From the NCBI RefSeq assembly GCF_011386835.1, contig NC_088812.1, positions 11,656,001-11,720,000 on the forward strand: a stretch of 64,000 nt of DNA, read 5' to 3'. Of this stretch, positions 62,701 to 64,000 are shown in pieces. A program made the position numbers and the translations under genes. Position 1 is the first letter of the stretch. Each line of letters opens with the position of its first letter. The notes under the pieces are model-generated. The model did no database searches. It was given only the letters and a program-made list of their open reading frames with translations, and was not told the origin of the DNA. The stretch is from Chrysemys picta bellii (taxonomy: Eukaryota).

Positions 62701-63121
62701 TGTGACGGAGCAGGGAGCAGGGCAGATTTGACCTGGGAATGTTGCAGGGGGGTTGCAGTGGGGATGTGGGACTTCCCTTGAAGGAAGCTACCTGAGCTGT
62801 AACCTGAGCCAGGAACGGGGGTGGGGAGAATTAACACCTTCTGCCCGGGAGACTGAACAAAGGAGAGGAGCAGCGGGAGGGGCTGGGAGTTTAGTTTCGG
62901 TTGGGGCTGGGTGGTGCAACGCAGGGAACCCCAAGCTGGGGTCTAAGCTCCCTGAACCTCCCAGAGGGACCTAATTGAGGGGGTCTGGTCGTACCTACAC
63001 GCTCTGCTTGAGACTGTGTTCCTGTCCTTAAATAAACCTTCTGCTTTACTGGCTGGTTGAGAGTCGCAGTGAATCTCGGGAAGAGGGGTGCAGGGCCCTA
63101 ACTCCCCCACACTCCGCAACA
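62701..63121 (+). mobile_element. Solo LTR with 5-bp target-site duplication CCCCT
   Basis: TGTGACG...CCGCAACA termini; CCCCT on both flanks; 3' part aataaaccttctgctttactggctgg shared with the LTR at 32764. Confidence 0.85.
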
Positions 63122-64000
63122 CCCCTGAAACCAGGAGACAAAGGGCCGGAGGCTGCACAGTTGAGCCCCGCTGAGCGTCGCTGGGTGAGTGCAGGCCGAG
63201 CTCCCCCCCCAGCACGGCCGTGTGCTTCCCTTTGCACCTGGCGCTAGGCCGGGGGCTACTAACATTGGGCACCAAAGCTAGCGGCACCCACGACCGAGCT
63301 GCTCTTCCCAGGGTCAGTGACAGCACCAGGCCTGGGGGCTGAGCCCTCACCCCCTCAGTGCTCATCTCGGCTTGTCATCAGCATCCCCCTCACACCGCCT
63401 AAAGCAACTTGCCTCTCCCCAAAGAGCTGGTACAGCACCCAGCGCCCCAGCTTAGCAGCACCCTGGCGTCTGTTCGGGCTGGGCAGGGGGTGGCCCCGTC
63501 GCCGTTGCACCCAGCAGCAGCCGGAGCCAAGGGGTGCCAGTGCGGGGAGGGCGAGACCCCATCCGCCGAGATTCTGGCAGGGGCCGAGAGCAGATCAAGA
63601 GCCCCCAGCCCAGCTCCGAGTCCCCTCACCCCCCACTACTGTCCCTGAGCCCTGTGGCAAGGGCACTGACACCACCAGCCACTGCCTCCTGGCTGGTCCC
63701 GAGGGGCTAGCAGTGCACCCCCAGGCGTGAGAATGCCCCACGCTCCAACCCTGCAACCTGGGCCGCTTCTGCCCCAAGGGGCCCAGCCAGGCCAAGGCCT
63801 GTGCAATCGTCCCATTTCACTGCCAGACGGAGCCACCCTAGCCAAGCCCACCAGGATCTCAAAGCTACCCAGTCAAAGTGCACGAATTCAAAGGCTCCAT
63901 GGCCACCGCCTCTCGCTGCCCAGCCGGCCCCATGGACACAGCCCGCGTCACGGTGCGCAGCGGTCCCAGGGGACAGGACACCTCCAGGACACAGCAGTTG

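Overview
GC-rich vertebrate genomic DNA, almost certainly turtle: it carries a tRNA-headed SINE with a CR1 tail, turtle-type CR1 LINE 3' ends, Penelope-like fragments and solo LTRs. Four protein-coding genes are recognisable from translated exons with consistent splice sites and phases. NCKAP5L (minus) is present only as its 5' end, with the first coding exon at 384-488. KANSL2 (minus) is complete: 9 coding exons over 19722-33986, about 533 aa, with two SNORA2-family H/ACA snoRNAs in its introns. CCNT1/cyclin T1 (minus) is complete: 9 exons over 42117-55133, 720 aa. A TEX49/SPMIP11 orthologue (plus) is complete: 4 exons over 58220-61638, 137 aa. Most ORFs in the supplied track are GC-rich or minisatellite artefacts. 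I see no evidence of a wholly new gene system. The most interesting signals concern RNA processing: two U12-type introns (one hosting a snoRNA), a GC-AG intron, a KANSL2 exon 9 that looks 120 nt longer than the human one, a candidate internal TATA/MEF2 promoter in NCKAP5L intron 1, and G-rich tandem arrays beside the promoters. Gene identities and comparisons with human exon sizes come from recalled sequences, not database searches.
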